In this document: in pieces, positions 46,925 to 57,976 of the stretch
Layout of the letters: each line of letters starts with the position of its first letter
Numbering within the stretch: the stretch's first letter is position 1
Assembly (NCBI GenBank): GCA_046292385.1
Contig: JBKBRF010000007.1
Coordinates: 32,001-96,000, forward strand
Source of the DNA: Armatimonadota bacterium
Lineage (GTDB): Bacteria > Armatimonadota > SYMT01
Direction of reading: 5' to 3'
Length of the DNA: 64,000 bases
The notes under the pieces: generated by a model
What the model was told of the DNA's origin: nothing
Databases searched by the model: none
The model's input: the letters and a program-made list of their open reading frames with translations, nothing else
Made by a program: the position numbers and the translations under genes

Positions 46925-47131
46925 CTACTGCTTGATGCCGTAGCCAATGCCGAGCAGCTCCCCGCAGGCATCGCAGGAGTAGATCGCCTCCTGCTGATAG
47001 AAGCCGCGCGACAGGTACTTGCGAATGACCTGGAGCGGCTTGCGGCAGTGAGGACAGGGCGGCACGTAGTCGGTCTCCACCACGCTCGAGCCCTCGTAAT
47101 GCTCCGGCTGGTTATCGTACTGGCTGCTCAT
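46925..47131 (-). CDS. Small zinc-ribbon protein
   Basis: CPHC...CDAC in 68 aa. Confidence 0.7.
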   Translation of the reverse strand: MSSQYDNQPEHYEGSSVVETDYVPPCPHCRKPLQVIRKYLSRGFYQQEAIYSCDACGELLGIGYGIKQ

Positions 47132-47227
47132 CGGTTGGTTCCCCTACGATAGAACGCCCCAGCCTGACTGCCGGTTTCGCGAGAGCCGATCGTCGAGGGC
47201 GGCGGGGTACCGGGACCGCGGCTCGCG

Positions 47228-48205
47228 TTAGCTCTGCCGCAGGTGCCGCCGGGCGGCGTCGACCACGCGCGCCACGGCCTGCGGCAGCGGTCCCGGGAGC
47301 GTGCAGCCGGCAGCCGGCACGTGGCCGCCGCCGTCGAACTCCTCCGCGATCTTCGCCACGTTGGCGTGCCCCCGGGAGCGGAGACTCACGCGCACTTCGC
47401 CATTGTGCTCTTCGCGGAAGAAGAGGGCGATCTCGCTCCCCTCCACCATCCGGATCTGGTCGACGAAGCCTTCGGTGGCGTCGGTGTCGACCCCGATCTT
47501 CCGGAAATCCTCCTGCGAGAGGCTGGCCCAGACGATCTGCCCGTTCTCCGCGTGCTCCAGGGTGTGGAGGAGCTGGCCCAGCAGCCGGCTGGCGCCGAAG
47601 GGACGGGTGCCGTAGACCCACTCGTAAATCGGCGACGGGTGGGCGCCGGCCTCCACCAGCTCCGCGGAGATGCGGAACGTCTCCGCCGTCACGTTGCCGA
47701 AGCGGAAGCAGCCGGTATCGGTCAGGATCGCCGCCATCAGGCAGCAGGCGATCTCCGGGGTGAGCGTGACGCCCAGCGCCTTCAGCACGTGGAAGACCAG
47801 CTCGCCGGTGGCGGCGGCGGTCGGATCGACCAGCCGCACGCTCCCGAACGGGTCCGGGCCGGTATGGTGGTCGATGTCGATCACCGTCGGCAGGGCCAGG
47901 ATCGCCGCCTCCGCGGAGCCGAGGCGATCGGAGCCGTCGGCATCGAGCCCGATGCCGACCTCCCACTCGCCCTCGACGGTCGTCACCACCCGCTCCCAGG
48001 AGGGGAGGAAGCGATAGAGCTCCGGCACGCCGTCCGGGCTCACGGCAAGCACACGCTTGCCGAGCTGCTCCAGTCCCAGCGCCAGGCCGAGCAGCGACCC
48101 GAGGGCGTCCGCATCCGGCCGGATGTGACACGCGAGGGCGAGGCTACTCGCCTTCCGGATCGTCTCCGCCGTCTCCGCTACCCGATCCCGCCGCGCCTGC
48201 GTCAT
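47228..48205 (-). CDS. nrnA: DHH family phosphoesterase (nanoRNase/pAp phosphatase)
   Basis: HIRPDADALGS, IDHH, TDTGCFRF, SLRS, GGGH..AAG; follows rbfA. Confidence 0.92.
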   Translation of the reverse strand: MTQARRDRVAETAETIRKASSLALACHIRPDADALGSLLGLALGLEQLGKRVLAVSPDGVPELYRFLPSWERVVTTVEGEWEVGIGLDADGSDRLGSAEAAILALPTVIDIDHHTGPDPFGSVRLVDPTAAATGELVFHVLKALGVTLTPEIACCLMAAILTDTGCFRFGNVTAETFRISAELVEAGAHPSPIYEWVYGTRPFGASRLLGQLLHTLEHAENGQIVWASLSQEDFRKIGVDTDATEGFVDQIRMVEGSEIALFFREEHNGEVRVSLRSRGHANVAKIAEEFDGGGHVPAAGCTLPGPLPQAVARVVDAARRHLRQS

Positions 48206-48560
48206 GCTGCCGTGCCTGCTCCAAGAGTTGACTGATCCGGGCTCCGCGGTCCGCGGAAGGATCGTAGTGGAACCGAATGTCCGGAACATACCGCATCTGC
48301 GCGCGCCGGGCGAACTCGCTGCGCACGAACCCGGCGGCCCGGTTGAGGGCGGCGCCGGTCTCCTCCCGCTCCTCGTCCGTGCTGACGCCGGTCGCCCCCA
48401 GCACGCTGAAGTAGACGCGCGCGTGACGCAGGTCCGGCGTCACCTCCGCGTCGGTAATCGTGACGAAGCCGATCCGCGGGTCCTTGAGGTCCCGGCGGAC
48501 GATGTCGCTGATCTCCTGGACCAGCATCTCCTGCACTCTCTTCTGTCGCTGCGTTGCCAT
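48144..48560 (-). CDS. rbfA: Ribosome-binding factor A
   Basis: DLKDPRIGFVTITD.EVTPDLRHARVY, RYVPDIRFHYD. Confidence 0.96.
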   Translation of the reverse strand: MATQRQKRVQEMLVQEISDIVRRDLKDPRIGFVTITDAEVTPDLRHARVYFSVLGATGVSTDEEREETGAALNRAAGFVRSEFARRAQMRYVPDIRFHYDPSADRGARISQLLEQARQHDAGAAGSGSGDGGDDPEGE

Positions 48561-48591
48561 GCTACTGGTGCGTCCGGCTACTTCTGATGTA

Positions 48592-48678
48592 TGGGAGTGG
48601 GCGCAAGGGCGAGTGGGGGAGTGGGAGAGCCGCTCTCGTGAGCCGCTTCTCCAGCTCGCCCTCTCGCCCGCTCTCCCT
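48592..48678. repeat. GGGAGT-type palindromic intergenic repeat
   Basis: GGGAGTGGGCG..GGGCGAGTGGGGGAG opposite CTCCAGCTCGCCCTCTCGCCCGCTCTCCC. Confidence 0.55.
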
Positions 48679-48803
48679 TGCCAAACTCGTCCATCGATCT
48701 CGGCCTCACGGGCTAGTGGTTGGAGCCTGTCCCGGCCGCGGTCCCGCTATCCGGAGCGCGCGCCGCCTTCCGTGACGCTATCGCCCGCGGACCCGTCCGC
48801 CGC

Positions 48804-49085
48804 TCAATAGAAATCGAGCTCCACCGCGGAAACGTTGACCCGGGGGTTGGCCTCTACCCAGTCGACCACCTTGTTCAGGACCTCGTTCGCATGCTTCTGG
48901 CTGTTGCTCACGCAGGCGATCCCCACGCCGGCGCGGCGCCAGGTGTCCAGGTGCTCGACCTCGGCGGCGGAGACGTTGAACTTGTTCCGCATGCCCTCGA
49001 GCATGCTTTTCACGACGGAGCGCTTGTCCTTCAGCGAGTTCGCCTCCGGGATGTAGAGCTCCATACTGCAGATACCCACTACCAT
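48804..49085 (-). CDS. ylxP: DUF503 family protein (YlxP)
   Basis: SLKDKRSVVKS...RNKFNVSAAEV..D.W; typical position between infB and rbfA. Confidence 0.92.
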   Translation of the reverse strand: MVVGICSMELYIPEANSLKDKRSVVKSMLEGMRNKFNVSAAEVEHLDTWRRAGVGIACVSNSQKHANEVLNKVVDWVEANPRVNVSAVELDFY

Positions 49086-49236
49086 CGACATGGCTAGTGA
49101 TTCGAGGCGCGACCCCACCCAAAAGTGGGTGGGGCCGTCGATCGCTCCGGTGCCCGGCAACCTCGCCCGCACCCGCGTATTATCCAGCCGGGAGAGAGTG
49201 AGGCCCGCGCGGCGAGCCGCACCTCCTCCCGCCCGC

Positions 49237-51099
49237 TTACAGCTCTCGGGCGACCTGCTGGTTCTCGAAGCACTCCAGGATATCGCCCTCTTCGAACGCG
49301 TTGAAACCATCCAGGAGGATACCGCACTCGTAGCCGGCCGCCATCTCCCGCACGTTCTCGCGGACGTGGCGGAGGCTGTTGATCTCGCCCTCGTGGAGCA
49401 CCTGCTTGCCCCGGATGACGCGGATCTCGGCGTTGCGCCGGATCACGCCTTCCGTGACGTAGCAGCCGGCCACCACGTTGTTGTTCGGCAGCTTGAAGGT
49501 GGCGCGCACCTCGGCCCGGCCCAGCCGCACTTCCTGGTAGACCGGCGCCAGTAGCCCCTTCATGGCGGCGGTGACGGCGTCGATCAGCTCGTAGATGATC
49601 CGGTAGGTGCGGGTCTCGATGCCCTGGTCTTCCGCCGCCTTGCGCGCCGCGGGGTCGACCTTCACACCGAAGCCGAAGACCATCGCGTTGGAGGCGGAGG
49701 CGAGGAGCACGTCGTTCTCCCCGATGTTCCCCACGCCCACGCGCAGCACTTTCACCCGGACCTCGGAGGTGCTGAGCTTCTCCAGGCTGTCCCGCACCGC
49801 CTCCGCGGAGCCCTGGACGTCGGCCTTGATAATGATGTTCAGCTCCTTCACGTCGCCCTGCTGGATCTGCGCGAAGAGCGTGTCCAGGCTCAGGCGGCCG
49901 GCGTGGGCGCCGAACTTCGCCTCGCGCTCGGCGCCGCTCCGCTCCTGGGCGAGCTGGCGCGCCTCCCGGTCCGACTCCACCGAGATGAGGCGGTCGCCGG
50001 CGGAAGGCACCGCGGAGAGGCCGAGGATCTCGACCGGGGTGGCGGGGCCCGCGCGGTTCACCTTGTTGGCGCGGTCGTCCGACATCGCCTTGATCTTTCC
50101 GTAGATCGAGCCGACCACCACGCTGTCACCGGCATAGAGCGTGCCGCTCTCCACCAGCACCGTGGCGACCGGACCACGGCCCGGATCGAGGCGCGCTTCG
50201 AGGATGACGCCCTCGGCCGGCCCGTTCGCGTCCGCCGTCAGCTCCAGCAGCTCGGCCTCGAGCTGGAGCCGGTCGAGCAGGTCGTCGATGCCGAGACCCT
50301 GCTTCGCGGAGATCTGCACGGTGCCGGTCTCGCCGCCGTAGTCTTCCGGGACGATGCCGTGCTGGGTCAGCTCGGTCAGCACCCGGTCCGGGTTGGCGTC
50401 TTCCAGGTCGACCTTGTTGACCGCCACCACCATCGGCAGCCCGGCCGCTTTGGCGTGGTCGATCGCCTCCACGGTCTGCGGCATGATGCCGTCGTCCGCG
50501 GCCACCACCAGCACGGCGATGTCCGCCACGCCGGAGCCGCGGGCGCGCATGCGGGTGAACGCCTCGTGACCGGGGGTATCGAGGAAGGTGAGGCGGCGCA
50601 TCACCTTGCGGCCTTCGCGCTCCTCGCCCGTCTCGATCGCGGTCTGGAAGGCGCCGATGTGCTGTGTGATGCCGCCGAACTCCTTGGCGGCGACGTCGGT
50701 CTTCCGGATCGTGTCGAGCAGCGTCGTCTTACCGTGGTCGACGTGTCCCATCACCACGATGATCGGCGGGCGCGGCGTCGGTCCGGTCGGCCGGGCCTTC
50801 TTCCCCTTGCCCTTGTCGGCGGTGGGGGCGGCCTTGGCCGCCGGCGTGGCGCCCGGCTTGGCGGCGGCGGGGGTGGGGGTCACTACCACGAACCCCATCT
50901 TCTCGCCCACCTTGGCGGCGTTCTCCACGGTTACCTGGGCATTCAGGTTCGCGAGGATCCCCAAATTCATCAGCTCGCGCTGCACCGTCTGCGGTGTTAC
51001 GCCGAGCTCGCCCGCCAACTCGTTCACGGTGAGCGGCTTGCTGATCTCTAGTAGCTTTTCTTCTTCCGGCATGGTCGGTGTTGTCGTAGTGAGACTCAC
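49237..51099 (-). CDS. infB: Translation initiation factor IF-2 (short form)
   Basis: [43 protein letters not shown]. Confidence 0.98.
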   Translation of the reverse strand: MSLTTTTPTMPEEEKLLEISKPLTVNELAGELGVTPQTVQRELMNLGILANLNAQVTVENAAKVGEKMGFVVVTPTPAAAKPGATPAAKAAPTADKGKGKKARPTGPTPRPPIIVVMGHVDHGKTTLLDTIRKTDVAAKEFGGITQHIGAFQTAIETGEEREGRKVMRRLTFLDTPGHEAFTRMRARGSGVADIAVLVVAADDGIMPQTVEAIDHAKAAGLPMVVAVNKVDLEDANPDRVLTELTQHGIVPEDYGGETGTVQISAKQGLGIDDLLDRLQLEAELLELTADANGPAEGVILEARLDPGRGPVATVLVESGTLYAGDSVVVGSIYGKIKAMSDDRANKVNRAGPATPVEILGLSAVPSAGDRLISVESDREARQLAQERSGAEREAKFGAHAGRLSLDTLFAQIQQGDVKELNIIIKADVQGSAEAVRDSLEKLSTSEVRVKVLRVGVGNIGENDVLLASASNAMVFGFGVKVDPAARKAAEDQGIETRTYRIIYELIDAVTAAMKGLLAPVYQEVRLGRAEVRATFKLPNNNVVAGCYVTEGVIRRNAEIRVIRGKQVLHEGEINSLRHVRENVREMAAGYECGILLDGFNAFEEGDILECFENQQVAREL

Positions 51100-51231
51100 A
51101 GAGCTCCAGTCCTTACTGCTTTATGCGAATGTAGCGACCCCGAAGGGCCGTAGACCGAGCCAGAGCCGGATGCGAAGGAGCCGCCGGCCGGAGCCGGGCG
51201 GGTGATTCGGCAGACGAAGAAGCCTACTGGA

Positions 51232-51573
51232 TCATGATTCAGCCTCCACCGTCGCCGCGGACCCGTCGCCAGGCTGCTCCGCGGGGACTCCCTCTCGGGC
51301 CTTCCGGGTGTGCTCGTACTCGTGAAACCGTGTCTCGAGCTCCGCCACCGCGTCCCGGGGGACGGCCTGGCGGAACGCTCGATCAAAGCTTTTACGCTTT
51401 AACGCGCTGGTTAAACAGGCCGGGTCCGGGCAGAGATATGCCCCACGCCCCGGCAGCTTGCCGGAAGGGTCCAGCGCGAGCTTCCCTTCCGGGGTCAGCG
51501 CCACCCTTACCAGGTCGCGCTTTTCCCGCACCGTCCTGCAGCCGATGCAGCTTCGTTGAGGACTTCGACGCAT
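51232..51573 (-). CDS. ylxR: YlxR/DUF448 family protein
   Basis: PQRSCIGCR, GKLPGRGAYLC. Confidence 0.92.
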   Translation of the reverse strand: MRRSPQRSCIGCRTVREKRDLVRVALTPEGKLALDPSGKLPGRGAYLCPDPACLTSALKRKSFDRAFRQAVPRDAVAELETRFHEYEHTRKAREGVPAEQPGDGSAATVEAES

Positions 51574-51661
51574 CTGTTTGCCGGTCCTCGGCGCTACCGC
51601 CGGCAGGCGGTACATAGCTCACCCGCCCCTCCCCGGAGGGAGGGGCGGGTGAGGCAGGCCT

Positions 51662-52798
51662 TTATGCTTCTTCTTCGTCCCCGGCGGGGGCCGCCTCGGC
51701 GTCCTCGCCGGCCGGCTCCGAGCCGCGGGCCGCGTCCTGCCCGGCCAGCTCCTGCAGCCGCCGCTCGCGGTCCTGCGCCTCGCTGCGGATGTCGATCCGC
51801 CAGCCGGTCAGGCGCGCCGCCAGCCGCACGTTCTGCCCCTCTTTGCCGATGGCGAGGGAGAGCTGCGTATCCGGCACCACCACGTAGGCGCTCTTCAGCT
51901 CGTCGTTGATCGAGACGCTGACCGGCTTAGCCGGGCTCAGCGCCTCGCGAATGAACTCCGCCGGATCGTCATGCCAGCGGATGATGTCGATCTTCTCGCC
52001 GTAGAGCTCGTTCACCACCGCCTGCACGCGGCTGCCGCGGTGGCCCACGCAGGCGCCGACCGGGTCGACCTTCTCATCCGTAGAGGTCACCGCGATCTTG
52101 GAGCGGGCGCCGGCCTCGCGGGCCACGCTCTTGATTACCACGGTGCCGTCCTCGATCTCCGGCACTTCCAGCTCGAAGAGCCGGCGGATCAGCGACGGGT
52201 GCGAGCGGGAGACGATCACCTGCGGGCCCTTGGTGGTCTTCTTGACCTCCAGCAGGTAGACCTTGATCCGGTCGTTGAAGCGGTACGCCTCGTGGTGCAC
52301 CTGCTCGCTGAACGGCAGCAGCGCCTCCACCTTGCCCAGCAGCACGAAGGCGTTGCGCTGCTCCCGGCGCTGCACCACGCCGGTCAGCACCTCGCCCACG
52401 CGGTGCGCGAACTCGTCGAACACCTTCTCACGCTCGGCCTCGCGGATCCGCTGCACCACCACCTGCTTGGCGGTCTGGGCGGCGATGCGGCCGAACCCCT
52501 CCGCGGGGAGCGCCATGTCGACCGTGTCGCCCACCTTCGCCAGCGGGTTCCGGCGCTGCGCCTCCGCCAGGGTGACCTCCCGGTGCGGATTCTCCACCTG
52601 CTCCACGACGATCTTCTGGAGCACCGGCTGCAGACCCTTACCCTTCGAGTCCATCCGGAGCTTCACTTCGCCGCCGTCCGCGAAGGCCCGGCGGTACGCG
52701 GAAGAGAGAGCCGACTCGATCGTCTCGATGAGCTGGTCGAACGGGATGTCCTTCTCCCGCTCGATCTGTCTCAGTGCGTCAATGAAATCGCCGTTCAT
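51662..52798 (-). CDS. nusA: Transcription termination/antitermination factor NusA
   Basis: [46 protein letters not shown]. Confidence 0.98.
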   Translation of the reverse strand: MNGDFIDALRQIEREKDIPFDQLIETIESALSSAYRRAFADGGEVKLRMDSKGKGLQPVLQKIVVEQVENPHREVTLAEAQRRNPLAKVGDTVDMALPAEGFGRIAAQTAKQVVVQRIREAEREKVFDEFAHRVGEVLTGVVQRREQRNAFVLLGKVEALLPFSEQVHHEAYRFNDRIKVYLLEVKKTTKGPQVIVSRSHPSLIRRLFELEVPEIEDGTVVIKSVAREAGARSKIAVTSTDEKVDPVGACVGHRGSRVQAVVNELYGEKIDIIRWHDDPAEFIREALSPAKPVSVSINDELKSAYVVVPDTQLSLAIGKEGQNVRLAARLTGWRIDIRSEAQDRERRLQELAGQDAARGSEPAGEDAEAAPAGDEEEA

Positions 52799-52878
52799 GC
52801 TCGCCTCTGCCCCCGCTTCTAACGCCGCTGCGCCGCCAGTAAACGGCCGCGCGCCTGGTTTTTCACCCTTATTAGTGC

Positions 52879-52903
52879 AAAAGAGTGGGCTCTCACCCAC
52901 TCT
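52879..52903 (-). promoter_or_regulatory. rimP-leader-like terminator hairpin at the head of the nusA-infB operon
   Basis: GAGTGGG-TGAGAG-CCCACTC-TTTT on the minus strand, between the promoter and nusA. Confidence 0.7.
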
Positions 52904-52951
52904 CGCACGGGACAACAAAAGAGGGCAGCGGCGCGGTGCCGCTGCGAAGGG

Positions 52952-52981
52952 AGTATATCACGCGAGCGACGCGCTCTGCAA
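52952..52981 (-). promoter_or_regulatory. Sigma70 promoter (extended -10) of the nusA operon
   Basis: TTGCAG-18 nt-TATACT with TGn immediately before the -10. Confidence 0.7.
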
Positions 52982-53049
52982 TAGCCGGGCAACCGCACCG
53001 CAGCCATGCTGACAGTCCCGCGCGGCCGGGAGTCGGCTCGGAGCGACCC

Positions 53050-54231
53050 TCAGGGAGCGATCCGGAACGACCGCGTGAACCGCGGCGCGCTGGCGGCGGG
53101 ACGCGCGTGCTGCTCCGGCGCCGTTTCGAAGAGGCGGTGCAGGCTGTTGCCCGCCAGGTCTTCCAGCACCCCGTCCGCCTGCAGCTCGTAGTCGCCGGCC
53201 TGCCACGGCATTGCGGGCGTGAAGCGGAGCGTGCGGACCTCCGGATCGGCGGTCACCTCGCCGCCCCGGTCGAGCCGGTCGTCCCGCCGGAGAACCTGGA
53301 GGGAGCTGACGGCGAGGGCGTGGTCGAGCGGCTCGGGGAGGCGGACTACCAGCGGCTCGCGCGTGCCGGCGGCCGGCGCGGTGAGCTGCCACTCCTCCAC
53401 GCGCGGCTGCCGGCGGTCGAACCCCGCGGTCCGGAACCGGTGCCGGAACGGCTGCGCCAGCACCCGCCCGCCCTGGTCCCGGAGCCCGGGCCGCACCTCC
53501 AGCACGTACTCCTGGCCCGGCCGCAGCACCGGTCCGTCGGTCTCACTGAAGCCGAGCGACCGCTTGGTGCGCCCCGGCTGGATCCAGAGCGTGGCGCGCC
53601 GGTGCTCGTCCGCCCAGAGCTCTACGCCGCGGAACGCCATCGGGACCTCTCTCCCGGCGGCGTCGAGGAGACGCGCGTGCTCCAGCAGCCGTCCCTCGCT
53701 CATCGGGCGGCTGAAGTGGAGGTAGAACTTGAGCAGGTTGGCGGGGACCACTGCCTGTGAAGGATAGATCGCCGTGACGCGCGGGGGCGGCACCGTCTCC
53801 CCGTCCTCCGGCCGCGGCGTGTAGCTTTCCGAAAAGCGCGGCAGCTTCGGATCGAGGCGCGGCCCGTCGAACACCGCCCGGTAGGTGAGCCCCAGCGTGA
53901 GCGGCGCCTGCGGCTCCAGCACCGCGTCGCGACCGCTCCACCCGAGCCGCGCCAGCAGTGGAAGGGCGGGGCCCTGGTCCGTCTCCACCGTCAGGTAGAA
54001 GACCTCGTCCCGCCGGGCCGGCTCCGGCCGGTCTCCCAGGTGGTGCCGCAGCAGCGCCGCGCCGCCGGTGAGCCGCACCACCACGCGCCCGGCGCGGGTC
54101 GTCTCCGGCGTCACCGAAAGCGCCAGGTCCGCCGGCGCCGCCACCCCCCGCGTACAGCCGCCCGCCACCCCGGCCGCGAGGGCCGCGGCGAGCAAGAGGC
54201 CGGGAGCAGCGCTAGCACGCGAGAGGAGCAT
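53050..54231 (-). CDS. Putative lipoprotein with Ig-like domains
   Basis: Signal ending AGGC; PANLLKFYLHFSRPM, PGRTKR, LEDLAGN. Confidence 0.7.
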   Translation of the reverse strand: MLLSRASAAPGLLLAAALAAGVAGGCTRGVAAPADLALSVTPETTRAGRVVVRLTGGAALLRHHLGDRPEPARRDEVFYLTVETDQGPALPLLARLGWSGRDAVLEPQAPLTLGLTYRAVFDGPRLDPKLPRFSESYTPRPEDGETVPPPRVTAIYPSQAVVPANLLKFYLHFSRPMSEGRLLEHARLLDAAGREVPMAFRGVELWADEHRRATLWIQPGRTKRSLGFSETDGPVLRPGQEYVLEVRPGLRDQGGRVLAQPFRHRFRTAGFDRRQPRVEEWQLTAPAAGTREPLVVRLPEPLDHALAVSSLQVLRRDDRLDRGGEVTADPEVRTLRFTPAMPWQAGDYELQADGVLEDLAGNSLHRLFETAPEQHARPAASAPRFTRSFRIAP

Positions 54232-54480
54232 CGTTCGCCAGAAGGACGGAGTGCAGAGGACGGAGTGCGAACGCGGCTACTGCTTACGCGGCCTCACCCC
54301 CGTCCCCTCTCCTGAACGGAGAGGGGAGCTATGGGTGTGGGGCTCGAGAGCCGATCGTCGTCGGGTTTTCTGCCGCCAGGTCTGCTGAGTAAGAGGAGGA
54401 GTAGGAGTGGTTGTGCACGGGTGGCGCAGCCGGACCGGCACAGACCTACACCCTACCCCCTAAACCCTATCCCCTGCCCG

Positions 54481-55632
54481 CTAGGGCAAAGGCATCGGCT
54501 CCAGCGACATGCCGCCGTCGGTCGGCTTCACCACCAGGAGCTGGCGGTCGGCCGCGGTGTAGGCGCGGGCGTCCTTCAGCGACTCGACCGCCTCGATGCC
54601 CGGGAATGGCGTCATCCCGCGGTCGCCGCGGTCGGCGGTCGTCTTCTCGTTGACGGCGCTCGTCTCCATGGCGATCTTGCGGTCGACCTTCAGCACGCCG
54701 AACCGGCTGTTGTTCAGCAGGAGCGACTGCTTGCCGGGATCGCCGTAAGCAACCATCGCCATCGGGCGGTTCTGGCTGCCAAGCTCCGCCACGGTGACGC
54801 CGGTGACGGTGGCGCCCGGCTTCAGGTCGTCCAGGTTGAACCGTACCACGGGGGTGCAGACGTAGGCCGCCATCAGGTACTCGCGGTCGCCGTCGCGGTA
54901 GACCGTCAGCGTCTGGATCGGGGAGGCGGTCTCCTGGCGCTTGTGGCTGACGTGGTAGATGGAGGTGGCGAACCGCTCCACGCCGCCGTTGAACGGCACC
55001 GGCACGGAGATCAGGTTGGAGTCGAACTGCTCCTTGGAAAGGGAGGCGACCAGGAGCCGGCCCTTCGCGTAGGCGAGGTCGGTCACCAGCCGCGGATCCC
55101 GTCCCTTCGCCGCGTTGAGGCTCACGCGGGCGAACGGCTTGCTCGCCAGGTCGACCGCCGTGATCTCGCCGGAAGGGGCAACCGAGAAGAGCGCGTAGTT
55201 GGCGGGGTCGGCCGGGTTGTTGTCCGCACCGTCGGTCTTCCGCACGGAGAGGTAGACCGCGTGGGAGACGGGGCTCACCGCCAGGTCCTTGATCTCGATC
55301 CCCGCGGGGGTGGTGCCGAGCCGCGCCGCGAGGGTGGCGCCCAACTCCGGCACGCGCGCATACGGCGCCGCCTGGGAGCGGGTCTCCGCGAGGTCGACCC
55401 CGTAAATCGCACCCGCCTGGTCGTCCGCGAAGAAGAGGACGCCGCTGGGGCTGAAGGCGAGCGGCCCGATCGACTGGTGGTCCCAGGCGCCCTTGCTGAA
55501 GCCCCGGGTGAGAGCGTCGCGAGACTCCGCGGCCGGCGCGGCCTGGGCGCGGGTGGCCATGCTCCACCCCGCGGCGCCCAGGACCAGCGCGCCTGCCGCC
55601 ACCGCCGTGGCACGAAGAAGCTGGCTGCGCAT
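54481..55632 (-). CDS. Hypothetical secreted protein (probable beta-propeller)
   Basis: Signal peptide; GPLAFSPSGVLF, DLAVSP, YHVSH...ETASPI, AAYVCTPVV. Confidence 0.7.
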   Translation of the reverse strand: MRSQLLRATAVAAGALVLGAAGWSMATRAQAAPAAESRDALTRGFSKGAWDHQSIGPLAFSPSGVLFFADDQAGAIYGVDLAETRSQAAPYARVPELGATLAARLGTTPAGIEIKDLAVSPVSHAVYLSVRKTDGADNNPADPANYALFSVAPSGEITAVDLASKPFARVSLNAAKGRDPRLVTDLAYAKGRLLVASLSKEQFDSNLISVPVPFNGGVERFATSIYHVSHKRQETASPIQTLTVYRDGDREYLMAAYVCTPVVRFNLDDLKPGATVTGVTVAELGSQNRPMAMVAYGDPGKQSLLLNNSRFGVLKVDRKIAMETSAVNEKTTADRGDRGMTPFPGIEAVESLKDARAYTAADRQLLVVKPTDGGMSLEPMPLP

Positions 55633-55926
55633 CGATGATCTCCTCGAGCGGTCGAGAGTCTCCGCGCCGCAGCGGGAACACCGCGGGGGAGAAGCCGCTC
55701 GGGACAAGGTTCGCCGCCTGACACGGGGCTCCTGCGTGGGTTGTGCTCTGAGCCGGACTCGATCCGCGGCGAAAAACCGGCAGTCGGACCGGCTTCCCGG
55801 CGCTCCCCCGGTGCCCTCTCCACGTAAAACGAGGCAGCAGGGGTCGGGAAAGCGCCCAACCGCCCCTGCGGTACCACTCCTGAATAACCCGGGAGTCGAT
55901 CGCTCGAGCGCAGCCTGTGGAGTGCC

Positions 55927-56529
55927 ATGACGAAGAGGATCCTTCTACTGCTCGCCTTCCTGGCGGCCAGTCTCGCCACCGTGGGAGCGCTCCTGAACGC
56001 CGCCGCGCCCCGGCAACTGCTCTCGGCAGCGGAACGCGGGGACCGGCGGTACGTGGCAGCCCTGCTCGATCGGGGAGTGAGTCCAAGCGTCAGGGGCAGG
56101 TTTGGCGGCACCCCGCTGACGCTTGCGGCGGAACACGGGCACCTGGCCGTGGTGGAGGAGTTACTGGAGCGGGGCGCATCCGTAGACGAGGCGGCGGAGG
56201 ATGGCACCACCGCCCTCCACTTCGCGGCCCAGGGCGGGCACACCGAGATCGTGGGCCTGCTGCTGAAGCGCGGGGCAGACCCTAACCGGGAGTCCCGCGG
56301 GTACTGGACCCCACTTCTGACCGCCGCGGCCGGCGGGCACACCGGGACCGTGGAACTGCTCCTGGGAGCAGGAGCCGACCCCGATGCTGCCACGGCTGAT
56401 TGGGAGACCGGGGCCGATCTCGCGGAGAGCTTTGGTTACAAGCAGCTCAGCGCTCGCCTCCGTCGGGCGCAACGGGAGCAGGAGCGGCGTCGAGCCGCAG
56501 TTGACAGGGCCGCAGCCGGCAAGAAGTGA
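55927..56529 (+). CDS. Exported ankyrin repeat protein
   Basis: GTPLTLAAEHGH, TALHFAAQGGH, TPLLTAAAGGH. Confidence 0.9.
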   Translation: MTKRILLLLAFLAASLATVGALLNAAAPRQLLSAAERGDRRYVAALLDRGVSPSVRGRFGGTPLTLAAEHGHLAVVEELLERGASVDEAAEDGTTALHFAAQGGHTEIVGLLLKRGADPNRESRGYWTPLLTAAAGGHTGTVELLLGAGADPDAATADWETGADLAESFGYKQLSARLRRAQREQERRRAAVDRAAAGKK

Positions 56530-56640
56530 TGCCCTACGCGGAAGACACGCTGACCGAGGCGGCCCGGCGTGGGCGCGAAGAGCCTCCTGGCCCCCGATGC
56601 GAATGCGACCCCTTTCCCCTCCAGATGGTTCGGACGCGGG

Positions 56641-57030
56641 TCATGGCCTCGCCCCATGCTTTCGGAGCAGGCGGATCATCTCTGGATTCTTCCGGCGGCG
56701 GGCGATCGACAGCACCGGCTGCGCCCACCGGCCCGTCGACTGTGGGCTCGCACCCCGACGCAAGAGCTCTGCGGCAGCCTCCAGGTGCCCGAGCCGCACC
56801 GCCTCCGACAGCGCGGAGTAGGAGTAGTTGTGCATCGGCCATGGATGGTCGTACCGGGCGTTCGGGCTGGCTCCTCGCGAGAGGGCGCGGCGGAGCGCCG
56901 GAATGTCGTTCCGCATCACGGCGGAGAACAGCTTCTCGTCGGCCGCGTGCTGCCGCTGGCCGAGGTAGCAGCCGCGCACCCCGATGAGCACCGCGATCAG
57001 GACCAGAGAAAGCAGGATGCCGCGCCGCAC
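56641..57030 (-). CDS. Membrane-anchored ankyrin repeat protein
   Basis: TM segment, then RGASPNA, SALSEAVRLGH..LLRRGA, LLRKHGA. Confidence 0.75.
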   Translation of the reverse strand: MRRGILLSLVLIAVLIGVRGCYLGQRQHAADEKLFSAVMRNDIPALRRALSRGASPNARYDHPWPMHNYSYSALSEAVRLGHLEAAAELLRRGASPQSTGRWAQPVLSIARRRKNPEMIRLLRKHGARP

Positions 57031-57046
57031 AAATCTGGATCTCCGA

Positions 57047-57976
57047 TCAGCGGCCGCGGGGGCCCTGAACCTCATACGGCAGGAGGTCCAAGAAGGCGCT
57101 CACCGTCTGGAATAACGTATCCGGACCGCAGAGTTGCTGCTGGAGAATCTGGCTGTCCTCGTACAGATCCACCTCAAAGCGGAGGGTGGCACCCCGCGCA
57201 CCCACCAGTACGTACCGGGTCTGCTTCCCCCACGGTTCAGCCGAGATCTTGAGCGCGTAGAGGGAGAGGGTGGCCCAGAATCTGTCAGCCGCGCCGCTCG
57301 CCTCCAACTCCTTCACCAATCGCGCCAGCGGCCCCGCGGGGGGATACGGTGGTGCCTCTGCCGCACGCCGCTCATAACGCTGGCGGGCTTGGCCCCACGA
57401 GTCACGGCGCTCCTCTGCCTCCACGACTGACGCCCGGGACGGTTCCACGCCGGCGGACCGTTGCGGGCTCGGCAGGAGACTGAGCCCGATTCCCGGCCGG
57501 TCCGGCTCTTCCGGTCGATACTCGAGGATGATCCGGGTGCAGTCGTTCTCACAGTACACGCCGGGATGTACCCACTCATCCCCTGGTGGAGGCGTGTCCG
57601 GACCCACGAAGAAAAGGGGCTGGTGACATACCTCGCAGAGCACGGACTCCCCACGGACTACCGCAGCGATCCTCTCCATCGTTCGCACTGTGCCGGGCTT
57701 GAACCAGTCCCGCTGCTCAGCCAGCTCGCGCAGCCCTGCGAGTCGCTCCGCATGGCTTGGACGGTTCACCCGCTGCTGGCACCTCGGACACTTCCAGAGC
57801 GTAGAGCCTCCGATGAACACCGCGTCCCACGTCTCGGGCGGTGCGTTGCGGTCGAAGTTCCCGATGGTCCAGCCGCGCTCCCGCTTCAGGTCTTGGAGGA
57901 GATCGTCCGTTACTTCCCCCGGGAGCAGGTAGAGCCCGCACGCCGGGCAACGGGGATACTCATCTTCCTCGTCCAT
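57047..57976 (-). CDS. Hypothetical protein with several CxxC motifs
   Basis: CPAC, CPRC, CEVC, CENDC. Confidence 0.6.
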   Translation of the reverse strand: MDEEDEYPRCPACGLYLLPGEVTDDLLQDLKRERGWTIGNFDRNAPPETWDAVFIGGSTLWKCPRCQQRVNRPSHAERLAGLRELAEQRDWFKPGTVRTMERIAAVVRGESVLCEVCHQPLFFVGPDTPPPGDEWVHPGVYCENDCTRIILEYRPEEPDRPGIGLSLLPSPQRSAGVEPSRASVVEAEERRDSWGQARQRYERRAAEAPPYPPAGPLARLVKELEASGAADRFWATLSLYALKISAEPWGKQTRYVLVGARGATLRFEVDLYEDSQILQQQLCGPDTLFQTVSAFLDLLPYEVQGPRGR

